A stretch of DNA of 64,000 nucleotides from Acutalibacteraceae bacterium (GTDB lineage: Bacteria; Bacillota; Clostridia; Oscillospirales; Acutalibacteraceae), in the NCBI GenBank assembly GCA_045637365.1, contig JAZTZH010000018.1, forward strand, positions 5,775-69,774, written 5' to 3'. Below the pieces are notes generated by a model that did no database searches, was not told where the DNA came from, and saw only the letters and a list, made by a program, of their open reading frames with translations. Both the position numbers and the translations under genes were made by a program. Shown piece by piece: positions 37,919-46,936 of this stretch (position 1 is its first letter; each line of letters starts with the position of its first letter).

Positions 37919-39538
37919 ATGAGCAGTATAAATAATGTGAAAATCTTATCTTCTCTCGAAAAAATTTACGACAGTGATAAAATGCCTGAAGCAGATTACC
38001 GAGGTTTTTCTATGCTGAAAAATGAAAAGAAATCTTTTCAGCTTGCGATAGAAACGGATGAGGACTGTGAAGCTGAACTGATGTATGAAAGTACCTTGAA
38101 GGAAATGCGCATATATACAGTTGAGCATATCAGATCAGACTTTCCTATGTTTAAAAAAGGCGCTGATAACTATTTCAGATACAGTAAAAGCGGTTATTAC
38201 CCCGATCTGCTTTTACCTTTTGAGGGGAAATTTAACGTTAAAAAAGGGATAACAGTTCTTTGGTTTGAGGTGGATGCTTCTGTTAACGATGCAGGTAAAT
38301 ACAGAATAGATTTCACCGTGGGTGACAGAAATGCAGGTATTGATATTGAAATTATCGATGCGACATTGGATTTTAAGGATTTCGTTTATACCTGCTGGTT
38401 TCATACGGACTGCCTTATGTCTCACTACGGATTCGAGGCTTTCTCTGACGAATACTGGAGAGTAACAGAAAACTTTCTTAAAACTGCGGCAGAGTACGGA
38501 ATGAACTGTGTTCTTACACCTATATTCACTCCTCCTCTCGATACGCAGAAGGGTAAGGAAAGACCTACAGTTCAGCTCATCGACATAACACTGGACAAAG
38601 GTGTTTACTCATTTAACTTTGATAAGCTTACACAGTGGATAGAAATGGCTCAGCGCTGCGGTGTGGAATATTTCGAGCTTGCTCATTTTTATACCCAGTG
38701 GGGGGCTAAGCACGCTCCTAAAATTATGGCGACGGTTGACGGCGAATATAAGAAGATTTTCGGCTGGAGGACCAGAGCTAATTCACATAAGTATAAAGAA
38801 TTCCTGACTGCTCTTTCTGTTGAACTGAAAAAATATCTTGAAGAAAGAAATCTCAGAGATAAGGTGCTCATTCACGTGAGTGATGAGCCTAACAGTTCTA
38901 TGCTTCGTGCTTATAAAAAAGCATCGATGCACATTCACAGTCTTTATGAAGGTTATAAAATAGTGGATGCTCTCTCGGATTATTCCTTCTATAAAAAGAA
39001 AATCGTTTCCAATCCTATTCCTGCAAATGATCATATTGATAAATTTATCGGTAATGTAAAGGAACTCTGGGTTTATTATTGCAGTGCACAGAATAATCAT
39101 AATGTAGCAAACAGATTTTTCTGTAATGATTCTGTGAGAACGAGAGTAATCGGCTATCAGATGTTCAAATATGACATCAGAGGCTTTTTGCAGTGGGGAT
39201 ATAATTTCTATTTTACCAGACTCTCCAAAGCAACCGTAAATCCCTTTGAGGTTTCCGATGCGGGTAAAGAATTCCCTTCGGGTGACAGCTACATAGTTTA
39301 TCCTGCGAAGGACGGAACGGCATATCATTCGCTGCGACTTAAGGTTTTTTATGATGCTCTTCAGGATATGGCTGCTCTTAACACTCTTGAAAAGCTTACG
39401 GATAAGAAAACATGTATTGATATAATTGAGGAAAAGGGTAAGCATAATCTTTCCTTCCGTGATTATCCTCACAGCGACGAATGGTTGCTCGGAACAAGAG
39501 AAGCGGTTAACGCTGCTATAAAGGATGCGATTGTATGA
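37919..39538 (+). CDS. Cytoplasmic DUF4091-like protein, putative glycoside hydrolase (function uncertain)
   Basis: A 539-aa protein with no signal peptide. Its overall look (WFHTDCL..., PIFTPPLDT..., HVSDEP) recalls DUF4091 proteins. This assignment is from memory only. Confidence 0.6.
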   Translation: MSSINNVKILSSLEKIYDSDKMPEADYRGFSMLKNEKKSFQLAIETDEDCEAELMYESTLKEMRIYTVEHIRSDFPMFKKGADNYFRYSKSGYYPDLLLPFEGKFNVKKGITVLWFEVDASVNDAGKYRIDFTVGDRNAGIDIEIIDATLDFKDFVYTCWFHTDCLMSHYGFEAFSDEYWRVTENFLKTAAEYGMNCVLTPIFTPPLDTQKGKERPTVQLIDITLDKGVYSFNFDKLTQWIEMAQRCGVEYFELAHFYTQWGAKHAPKIMATVDGEYKKIFGWRTRANSHKYKEFLTALSVELKKYLEERNLRDKVLIHVSDEPNSSMLRAYKKASMHIHSLYEGYKIVDALSDYSFYKKKIVSNPIPANDHIDKFIGNVKELWVYYCSAQNNHNVANRFFCNDSVRTRVIGYQMFKYDIRGFLQWGYNFYFTRLSKATVNPFEVSDAGKEFPSGDSYIVYPAKDGTAYHSLRLKVFYDALQDMAALNTLEKLTDKKTCIDIIEEKGKHNLSFRDYPHSDEWLLGTREAVNAAIKDAIV

Positions 39539-40008
39539 TGAAAATAATGTTTGTCTGTCACGGTAATATCTGCCGTTCACCGATGGCAGAGTTTATATTC
39601 AGAGATTTAATCAGACAGCAGGGGATAGAGTCGGAGTTTTCCGTCTGCTCTTCAGCCACCAGTACTGAAGAGATATGGGGAAACATCGGTAATCCCGTTT
39701 ATCCTCCTGCGAGAGAAGAACTGAAAAAGCACGGCATCTCCTGTGAAGGGAAAAGAGCTGTTCAGCTTAAGAAAAGCGACTACGGAAAGTATGACCTTTT
39801 CGTTGCTATGGACAGTATGAATATCCGTAATATAGGAAGAATTTTCGGTAAAGATCCCGAAGGTAAGGTGTGCAAGCTGATGGATTATACGGACCGTAAG
39901 GGCGATGTGGCAGATCCTTGGTACTCGGGTAGATTTGATGTGGCTTACAGAGATATTTATGAAGGCTGCGAGGGACTGCTGAGAGAGTTGAAGGTGAAGA
40001 ACGGATAA
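39535..40008 (+). CDS. Low-molecular-weight protein-tyrosine phosphatase
   Basis: The CX5R(S) loop is VCHGNICRSPMAE, and the DP loop is DVADPWY. Its start overlaps the upstream stop (ATGATGA). Confidence 0.9.
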   Translation: MMKIMFVCHGNICRSPMAEFIFRDLIRQQGIESEFSVCSSATSTEEIWGNIGNPVYPPAREELKKHGISCEGKRAVQLKKSDYGKYDLFVAMDSMNIRNIGRIFGKDPEGKVCKLMDYTDRKGDVADPWYSGRFDVAYRDIYEGCEGLLRELKVKNG

Positions 40009-40143
40009 AATAAGAAATACAAGGTTGACTGCAATCAGTTTTTTTATCGTCAACCTGTCGGTACAGTTTTTATTGATTTTTTCACAGAGATATGTTATAT
40101 TAATTTTGATATAGCTTATTTACTCTCCGGAGGAGGAAGGAAT

Positions 40144-42672
40144 ATGAAAATACTTAATCGCATCATTTCTCTGTTTATGGTGGCGCTGATGATTATTGCC
40201 TCTTTACCTTTTATACCGGTAAGTGCTGCCAGGGAAACAGTTAAGAATTACAGCTTCACTGTTGAAGGTGAGTGCGCAGAGTCTTATCTTGCCGAAAACG
40301 GGGCTGCAGGTGTTATGCGTTTATTCCGCAGAACAGCGTTTGACGGATGCTACGGAAATCAGCTGGCCGGCGCATCAAGAGAAATTTATGACTCTCTGGT
40401 TAAAAACTATGCTGAGGATAAGAATGCAGGGATATATACCTGTATATTTGAAACACCGTTTATCTTTAAAGCTGAAATCCTGAACGGTTCTATTGTCGAA
40501 AACAGCGATTTCATTGAAATTAAAAACGAACTCAGCGTTGCCACACAAACAGCTATGGATGCTTTTGTTTATGATTATCCTGAGGTTTTCTGGTTCAGAA
40601 CGATGCGTATATCTTATTCAGTGTCTGCATCAGGCGGATATATAGGCGATTATGAGGGTGTTATTGAAGAAATAGATATCATCCCGTCCGAGATATACAG
40701 CGGGGCTTCGGATAAGATTTCACAGTATGAAAATGCGGTGGATGCTGTTATGAATTCTTTCGGGATAACAGACAGCAGATATGACACTCTGAAAAATATA
40801 CACGATTATATCTGTGATAATGCATGGTATAACATTTACGCAGGACAGAGAGCACATTCCTCAGAAGGCTTTTTTATCGGTGACGGAGGTATCGTATGTG
40901 AAGGCTACGCTAAGACCTTCAAGATTATCTGTGACCGTCTGGATATTCCCTGTGTTCTCGTAAGCGGTGATGCAGGCGGTTCCCATATGTGGAATTATGT
41001 TCAGATGGATGACGGTAAATGGTATCTTGTCGATGTTACCTGGGATGATCAGGACACCGGAATTTATGACACGTACTTTCTTGCAGGTTCCGATACTGTC
41101 GGATTTGAAGGTGTAGCTATCGCTGACGAACGCACAGAAAAAAATGATTTTTCGGGAAACGGTATGTTCAGCTTTACATATCCGGCTCTTGCAACCGTGA
41201 AATACGGTGCGCATATTCACGAGTGGGAGACAGAATATACTGTTGATAAGGAGCCTGACTGCACGGAAAAGGGCAGTAAAAGTATTCACTGTAAAACCTG
41301 TGATGAAAGGAAGAATGTTACGGAGATTTCCTCTTTCGGCCATAGTTGGGATGATGGTGTGACTGATTCAGTGTCTACCTGTAGAACTCACGGAATAAAG
41401 ACTTATACATGTCTGAATGACAGCACTCATCAGTATACCGAGCAGCTGCCGCTGAATAACGGAAATCATGATGGCGGAACATATCTTAAAGATAAGGCAG
41501 AGGCTACCTGTACAACAGAAGGCTATACGGGAGATATATACTGTCTGTCCTGCGACAGAAATATTTCTTCAGGACAGATTATTGCTGTCAAGGCTCACAC
41601 CTTTACAACTTATTCAGCTGACGGTAATGCCACATGTCTTACAGACGGAACCAGAACATCCGTATGTGATGTGTGTAAAAAGGCTACGGATACAGTAGCT
41701 GACGATAACAGCAAAGATAACGCAGAGCATAAATATTCTGTCCGCTACGGATACAGTGCCACCTGTACACAGGAAGGCGAGAGAACTTATGTCTGTGACG
41801 TTTGTGAAACTGCGGCTTATATGGAGATAATACCTGCTGCAGGTCATAAGGGCGGTAAGGCTACATGTAAAAAAGCTGCAGAATGTATCGTTTGCGGTGA
41901 AGAATACGGTTCACCCGATGTTAACGTCCATAAATCATACATTACTCTGGAAGCTTCAGAGGCCACCTGTTCAAAAACAGGGCTTACGGAAGGTAAAAAG
42001 TGCGCTGACTGTGGCAAGATTATTCTTGCACAGAAAACTGTAACTAAGAAAGCTCACAAAAATGAAACAGTAACCGTTAAAGCTACTCTCAACGGAAACG
42101 GAAAAACAGAAATAAGGTGCAGGGACTGCGGTTATGTGTCTGACACTAAGGTGATTTATGCTCCGAAAAAAGTCAAGCTTTCAGCTTCTTCTTATACCTA
42201 TAACGGTAAGAAGAAGACTCCCTCAGTAACTGTAAAGGACAGTAAGGGAAAAAAATTAGCGGAAGGTACTGATTATACCGTTAAATACTCTAAGGGAAGG
42301 AAGTCGCCGGGTAAATATACTGTTACCGTTACCTTTAAAGGGAATTACAGTGGCACCAAAAAGCTTACCTTTAAAATAATTCCTGCAAAATCAGTTCTTT
42401 CCAAGGTTAAAACAGGCACGAAGAGCTTTACAGCATCATGGAAAGCTGTCAGCGGTGTAACCGGCTATGAGGTGCAGTATTCAACCTCTGAGAAATTCAC
42501 TAAGAAAACCACAAAAACAGCTACAGTAAAGAAAAGCTCTGCTAAAAAATACACCATCAAAAAGCTCAAAAAAGGCAAGAAATATTATGTGAAAGTCAGA
42601 GCTTACAAGACCGATTCAGGGAAAAGGCTTTATGGTGCATGGAGTGCGGTAAAGAGCGTAAAAATCAGATGA
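40144..42672 (+). CDS. Secreted transglutaminase-like (papain-fold) protein with His+3Cys modules and C-terminal Ig/FN3-like domains
   Basis: It has a signal peptide. The Cys-His-Asp core is CEGYAKTF ... GSHMWNYV ... LVDVTWDD. About 8 H..C..CxxC modules occupy 41215-42140. The C-terminus reads GVTGYEVQYSTSEKF...YYVKVRAYK. Confidence 0.85.
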   Translation: MKILNRIISLFMVALMIIASLPFIPVSAARETVKNYSFTVEGECAESYLAENGAAGVMRLFRRTAFDGCYGNQLAGASREIYDSLVKNYAEDKNAGIYTCIFETPFIFKAEILNGSIVENSDFIEIKNELSVATQTAMDAFVYDYPEVFWFRTMRISYSVSASGGYIGDYEGVIEEIDIIPSEIYSGASDKISQYENAVDAVMNSFGITDSRYDTLKNIHDYICDNAWYNIYAGQRAHSSEGFFIGDGGIVCEGYAKTFKIICDRLDIPCVLVSGDAGGSHMWNYVQMDDGKWYLVDVTWDDQDTGIYDTYFLAGSDTVGFEGVAIADERTEKNDFSGNGMFSFTYPALATVKYGAHIHEWETEYTVDKEPDCTEKGSKSIHCKTCDERKNVTEISSFGHSWDDGVTDSVSTCRTHGIKTYTCLNDSTHQYTEQLPLNNGNHDGGTYLKDKAEATCTTEGYTGDIYCLSCDRNISSGQIIAVKAHTFTTYSADGNATCLTDGTRTSVCDVCKKATDTVADDNSKDNAEHKYSVRYGYSATCTQEGERTYVCDVCETAAYMEIIPAAGHKGGKATCKKAAECIVCGEEYGSPDVNVHKSYITLEASEATCSKTGLTEGKKCADCGKIILAQKTVTKKAHKNETVTVKATLNGNGKTEIRCRDCGYVSDTKVIYAPKKVKLSASSYTYNGKKKTPSVTVKDSKGKKLAEGTDYTVKYSKGRKSPGKYTVTVTFKGNYSGTKKLTFKIIPAKSVLSKVKTGTKSFTASWKAVSGVTGYEVQYSTSEKFTKKTTKTATVKKSSAKKYTIKKLKKGKKYYVKVRAYKTDSGKRLYGAWSAVKSVKIR

Positions 42673-42676
42673 AGAA

Positions 42677-42710
42677 AAAAGTCGCCGCTATTTTTACGGT
42701 GACTTTTTTT
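42677..42710 (+). terminator. Rho-independent terminator
   Basis: Stem aaaagtcgccg / cggtgactttt, followed by T7. Confidence 0.75.
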
Positions 42711-42764
42711 AGGAAAATTTTTCTTTTTTAAAGAAAAAATCAGTGTTAAAATGTAGAAAAAGTA

Positions 42765-42793
42765 TTGAATTTTTATGTCTTATGGTATATAAT
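42765..42793 (+). promoter_or_regulatory. Putative promoter of the polysaccharide locus
   Basis: TTGAAT (42765-42770), 17 nt, TATAAT (42788-42793). It leaves a leader of about 150 nt. Confidence 0.55.
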
Positions 42794-42945
42794 GAATATA
42801 TTTGTAAGAGTATTGTTTGTATAATACAATATGTTGATTTCTACCGTGCTTGAAAAGTTGTTTCTTTCTGCGGTAAGACGTCTCTGTACGTATTGTGAAG
42901 TTTAAAGTAAAGTACGGATATAATTAAGGATGAAGGAGCTTACAG

Positions 42946-43749
42946 ATGGATAACAATAATATAGCAGAAAAAAAATCCAAAGATTATTATGTGGTTGACC
43001 TTGCGCATATAGTCAAGGTTGTGTGGAAGAAAATCTGGTTGGTTGCAATCGCCAGTATTCTGACAGGTGCGATCGGATTTTCTGTAGCCGCTTTTGCGAT
43101 TACACCTACCTACACATCCTCGATTATGCTTTATGTTAATAACAGCTCGTTTGATGTCGGTGATCTCGGATTCAGTATCAGCTCGTCAGAACTTACCGCA
43201 GCACAGAGTCTCGCTAAGACCTACACGGTTCTTCTTAAAAACCGTACGACACTTAACAGACTTATCGATGTTACTGAAATTGATTATACATGGGAAGATC
43301 TTTATGACATGATCGAGTCCGCACCTGTTAATGAGACAGAGGTTATGCAGGTTACCGTTACCAGCACTAATCCTTATGAGGCTGAGAAGATCGCAAACGG
43401 TATCGCAAAGGTTCTTCCTCAGAGAGTTGCTGAAATTGTAGAGGGTGCTTCAATGGAGGTTGTTGACTCCGCTGTGGCAAATACCGAAAAGGTTGCTCCG
43501 AGTATAACGATTTACACGGCCGTAGGCTTCATTCTCGGCATTATCCTTTCGGTAGTAGTGCTCATAATAACAGCGCTTATGGATAACACGGTACATGATG
43601 ACGAATATGTTATCAAGACATATCAGTATCCCATCCTCGCAAAGATTCCTGATCTTCTTGATGGCGGTACGAAAAAATACGGTTATTATTACAAAAAGAG
43701 TACAGGACCGAATACCGGAGCCGGTAACAACACTAATAACAGCAAGTAA
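42946..43749 (+). CDS. Polysaccharide co-polymerase / chain-length determinant (CpsC/YwqC, PCP2b)
   Basis: Wzz-type N-terminus (DLAHIVKVVWKKIW plus a TM helix) and a second TM helix near the C-terminus. It sits directly upstream of the BY-kinase. Confidence 0.85.
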   Translation: MDNNNIAEKKSKDYYVVDLAHIVKVVWKKIWLVAIASILTGAIGFSVAAFAITPTYTSSIMLYVNNSSFDVGDLGFSISSSELTAAQSLAKTYTVLLKNRTTLNRLIDVTEIDYTWEDLYDMIESAPVNETEVMQVTVTSTNPYEAEKIANGIAKVLPQRVAEIVEGASMEVVDSAVANTEKVAPSITIYTAVGFILGIILSVVVLIITALMDNTVHDDEYVIKTYQYPILAKIPDLLDGGTKKYGYYYKKSTGPNTGAGNNTNNSK

Positions 43750-43763
43750 AGGAGGAGTTAAGA

Positions 43764-44507
43764 ATGAAAAATAAAAAGAAAAAAAGTTTCTTCTCCATTA
43801 CGGATAACCAGAAGACCCTTCATAAGAATCTGGAGTTCACCGCAACAGAGCAGTATAAATTGCTCAGAACCAACCTTTCGTTTACTCTCCCTGAGAATAA
43901 AGGCTGTAACGTAATAGGTGTTACAAGCTCAATGAGAGGTGAGGGTAAGAGTACTACAGCGGTCAACCTCTCATACGTTCTTGCTGAAACAAATAAAAAT
44001 GTTCTTCTGATTGACGGTGACCTCAGAATTCCTTCCGTTGCTAAGAAGATGAGAATGAAAAATTCTCCGGGTCTTACAGATCTTCTCAGAAGTTCTGAGG
44101 AAATTGACATAGAGGAATACAAATCTCCTTTCCTTCGCAACTGGTACATCATTCCTGCGGGAACACTTCCTCCGAATCCTTCGGAGCTTCTGGGTTCAAA
44201 AAGAATGGAGAAAACACTTGCAGAGCTTAGTGAGCATTTCGATTACATCGTTATCGACCTTCCTCCTGTAAACCTTGTTTCAGATGCTTTGGCCGTTTCG
44301 AAATACATTAACGGTATGATAGTGGTTATCAGAGAAGAGTACACTGAAAAGAGAGAGCTTGAAACCTGCTTCAGACAGCTTAGACTGTCAAATGTAAATG
44401 TTCTCGGATGTGTAATGAACGAGACTAAGAGTGATAAGGGTTATTACAGCAAATACAGATATAAGCGTTATTACAGATATTATAAAACATATATAAATCA
44501 CGACTGA
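43764..44507 (+). CDS. Bacterial tyrosine kinase (CpsD/YwqD type)
   Basis: Walker A SSMRGEGKST, Walker A' LLIDGDLR, Walker B IVIDLPP, and the C-terminal Tyr cluster YYSKYRYKRYYRYYKTY. Confidence 0.92.
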   Translation: MKNKKKKSFFSITDNQKTLHKNLEFTATEQYKLLRTNLSFTLPENKGCNVIGVTSSMRGEGKSTTAVNLSYVLAETNKNVLLIDGDLRIPSVAKKMRMKNSPGLTDLLRSSEEIDIEEYKSPFLRNWYIIPAGTLPPNPSELLGSKRMEKTLAELSEHFDYIVIDLPPVNLVSDALAVSKYINGMIVVIREEYTEKRELETCFRQLRLSNVNVLGCVMNETKSDKGYYSKYRYKRYYRYYKTYINHD

Positions 44508-44535
44508 TGATCTGTGTTATAGGAGGTATAAAGGT

Positions 44536-45237
44536 ATGATAGATTTTCATACTCATATCCTTCCTGCAGTTGATGACGGCAGTCACAGCGTTGAAGAGAG
44601 TCTTGCGATGATAGAAGAGGCTAAAAAGCAAGGAGTAAAAAAATTTGCTGTGACACCTCACTTTTACGCAAACAACGAGTCTGTTGACAGTTTTCTGAAG
44701 CGTCGTAACAGAGCGTATGAGAAACTGATGAATTCTTTATCGGATGAGACAGAAATACGCCTGGGTGCTGAAGTTAAGTTCTATAGCGGAATCAGTCAAT
44801 TGCAGGACCTGAAGAAGCTTCGTCTCGAAGGAAGCAGATTTCTTCTTCTGGAAATGCCGTTCAGCAAGTGGAGTGAATACGACATAAAAGAGGTTATTAA
44901 TATTGCAGGGTTAGGTAATGTGACGGTTGTTCTTGCCCACATAGAAAGATATCTTTCGTTTCAGAAAAAGGACACCCTCGAAAAACTTCTCTATAACGGA
45001 ATTCTCTTCCAATGTAATGCGAGCTTCTTTTCCGGACTATTTACAAAAAGCAAAGCTTTTAAAATGATCAGTAACAATCAGATTCATTTTATAGGTACTG
45101 ACTGTCATAATATGAAGGACAGAGCGCCGAATATGATGATTGCTTTATCTGCTTTAAAAAAGAAGTACGGTGAAGATTTTGTTGCAGATTTTATAAACTA
45201 CGGGAATAAATTAATATTTCAAAATAAAATTAATTAA
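44536..45237 (+). CDS. PHP-family protein-tyrosine phosphatase (CpsB/YwqE type)
   Basis: IDFHTHILPAVDDGS at the N-terminus, followed by TPHF and AHIERY. Confidence 0.9.
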   Translation: MIDFHTHILPAVDDGSHSVEESLAMIEEAKKQGVKKFAVTPHFYANNESVDSFLKRRNRAYEKLMNSLSDETEIRLGAEVKFYSGISQLQDLKKLRLEGSRFLLLEMPFSKWSEYDIKEVINIAGLGNVTVVLAHIERYLSFQKKDTLEKLLYNGILFQCNASFFSGLFTKSKAFKMISNNQIHFIGTDCHNMKDRAPNMMIALSALKKKYGEDFVADFINYGNKLIFQNKIN

Positions 45238-45258
45238 TATTGAAAGGATGAATTTATT

Positions 45259-45915
45259 ATGAAAAAATTCGCAGCTATTCTTATGACAATCGTGATGGTT
45301 CTTTCACTGAGCCTCACCACATTCGCAGCTTTTGTTTCAAGCCCTTCAAACAATGATGCTCCCACTATTGAGAGCCATGAAACTCCCGAAGGCTGTGACG
45401 CAGAGCTCAAGGTCACATCTTATGCAGACAGATACTCACTTTCTGAAGAAGAATGGAAGCTTCTCGAAGACGCTTATAAGCGTATTTCCGGCCAGAAGGA
45501 TGACGCTAAGCTTGCAGAAGTTCTCAAAAAGATTGCTGAAGAAAAAGGTGTTAATGTAAGCGATCTCTCAATTAGCGATCTTTTCCACATCGGATACGAA
45601 GATTGCGAAGAGCATGTATTAGACGGTCATAAGGGCTACAAGATCACCTTAAAGGCTGATACAGTCGCAAATTTAGTAGGTGTATTACATTTTGACGGTG
45701 AGAACTGGACCATTATCAAGATTCTCAGCTATGATGCAGAGAACGGTACAGTTACTATTTTCACTGAGGAACTCGGATGCTTTGCTTTTGTTGTTAATAA
45801 GTATATCGCTCCTAACACAGGTGATACTTCAATGACATTTGTATGGCTCGTACTTGCAGTTGCTTGTTCAATGGCAGTGTTCTGCGTAGCTGTTCCTAAG
45901 AAAAAGAGATCATGA
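45259..45915 (+). CDS. Secreted, probably sortase-anchored protein of unknown function
   Basis: Signal peptide ...TTFA|A. The C-terminal signal is IAPNTGDTS, then a TM helix, then KKKRS. Confidence 0.8.
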   Translation: MKKFAAILMTIVMVLSLSLTTFAAFVSSPSNNDAPTIESHETPEGCDAELKVTSYADRYSLSEEEWKLLEDAYKRISGQKDDAKLAEVLKKIAEEKGVNVSDLSISDLFHIGYEDCEEHVLDGHKGYKITLKADTVANLVGVLHFDGENWTIIKILSYDAENGTVTIFTEELGCFAFVVNKYIAPNTGDTSMTFVWLVLAVACSMAVFCVAVPKKKRS

Positions 45916-46907
45916 ACAAAAAAACTAAAGAAAAAAGAACAACAACTCTGAGAATCGGAGTTGCTGTTCTTGCTGTTCTTCTTCTTTTCTCCTCAGCTTT
46001 TCTTTTTATTAAAACCTGGGAGAAAGATTACGGAAAATTTCAGGAGAGTACTGCAAAGGTGCTCGAGGAAGATCTAGTTTATAACGGAAAAGAGTATGAA
46101 CTCAAGGAAAACCTTGAGTCTATTCTTGTTCTTGGATTAGATAAGTTCAATAACGATGACAGCGGTTATAACAATGATAAACAGGCTGATTTTCTGATGT
46201 TGCTTGTTATTGATCATGATGCCGGAGTTTGCACTCCTATACATATTAACCGTGACTCTATGGTTGATATAGATATTTTAGGTGTTGCAGGTGAAAAGGT
46301 CGGTACTGTTAAAAAGCAGATTGCTCTTTCGCATACATACGGAAACGGAAGAGAAGTAAGCTGCCGAAATGCAGCAAATGCTGTATCCGGTCTTTTGCTC
46401 GGTATGGAAATCGACCACTATGTATCTGTTACCATGGAAGCTGTTCCTGTGTACAATGATTTTGTGGGCGGAGTTACTGTTGAAATTCTTGATGATTTTT
46501 CAGATGTAGACGATTCGATGGTTAAAGGTGAAGAGATTAGTTTGACAGGTGAACAGGCTCTTAAATATGTACGTTCACGATACGGTCTTGACGACTCTAC
46601 AAACAACAGCAGAATGAATCGTCAGAGACAGTACCTTAAGGCTTTGTATGAAAAGTCTTATGCTCTTGCTAAGGCAGATGAAGGATTCCTTCAGCGAGCT
46701 GCACTTAAAGTTACCGACTATATCGTTTCTGACTGTTCAGTAAATAAGCTTGAAAGTCTGATGAAGAATATAACGTCTTATGAGCTTGCCGATATTGTAA
46801 ACATTGAAGGTGAAATCATTGAAGGCGAAGAGTTTATGGAGTTTTATCCTGACGAAGCCTCTGTCGAAAAAACAGTGGTAGACAGCTTTTATAAAGTGAA
46901 AAATTAA
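45912..46907 (+). CDS. LytR-CpsA-Psr (LCP) family glycopolymer phosphotransferase
   Basis: N-terminal TM helix. LVLGLDK...ADFLMLLVID...INRDSMVDI is the LCP core. Its start overlaps the upstream stop (ATGA). Confidence 0.88.
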   Translation: MNKKTKEKRTTTLRIGVAVLAVLLLFSSAFLFIKTWEKDYGKFQESTAKVLEEDLVYNGKEYELKENLESILVLGLDKFNNDDSGYNNDKQADFLMLLVIDHDAGVCTPIHINRDSMVDIDILGVAGEKVGTVKKQIALSHTYGNGREVSCRNAANAVSGLLLGMEIDHYVSVTMEAVPVYNDFVGGVTVEILDDFSDVDDSMVKGEEISLTGEQALKYVRSRYGLDDSTNNSRMNRQRQYLKALYEKSYALAKADEGFLQRAALKVTDYIVSDCSVNKLESLMKNITSYELADIVNIEGEIIEGEEFMEFYPDEASVEKTVVDSFYKVKN

Positions 46908-46936
46908 CCGTTTCAATAAAAAAGGATGCAGATGAT

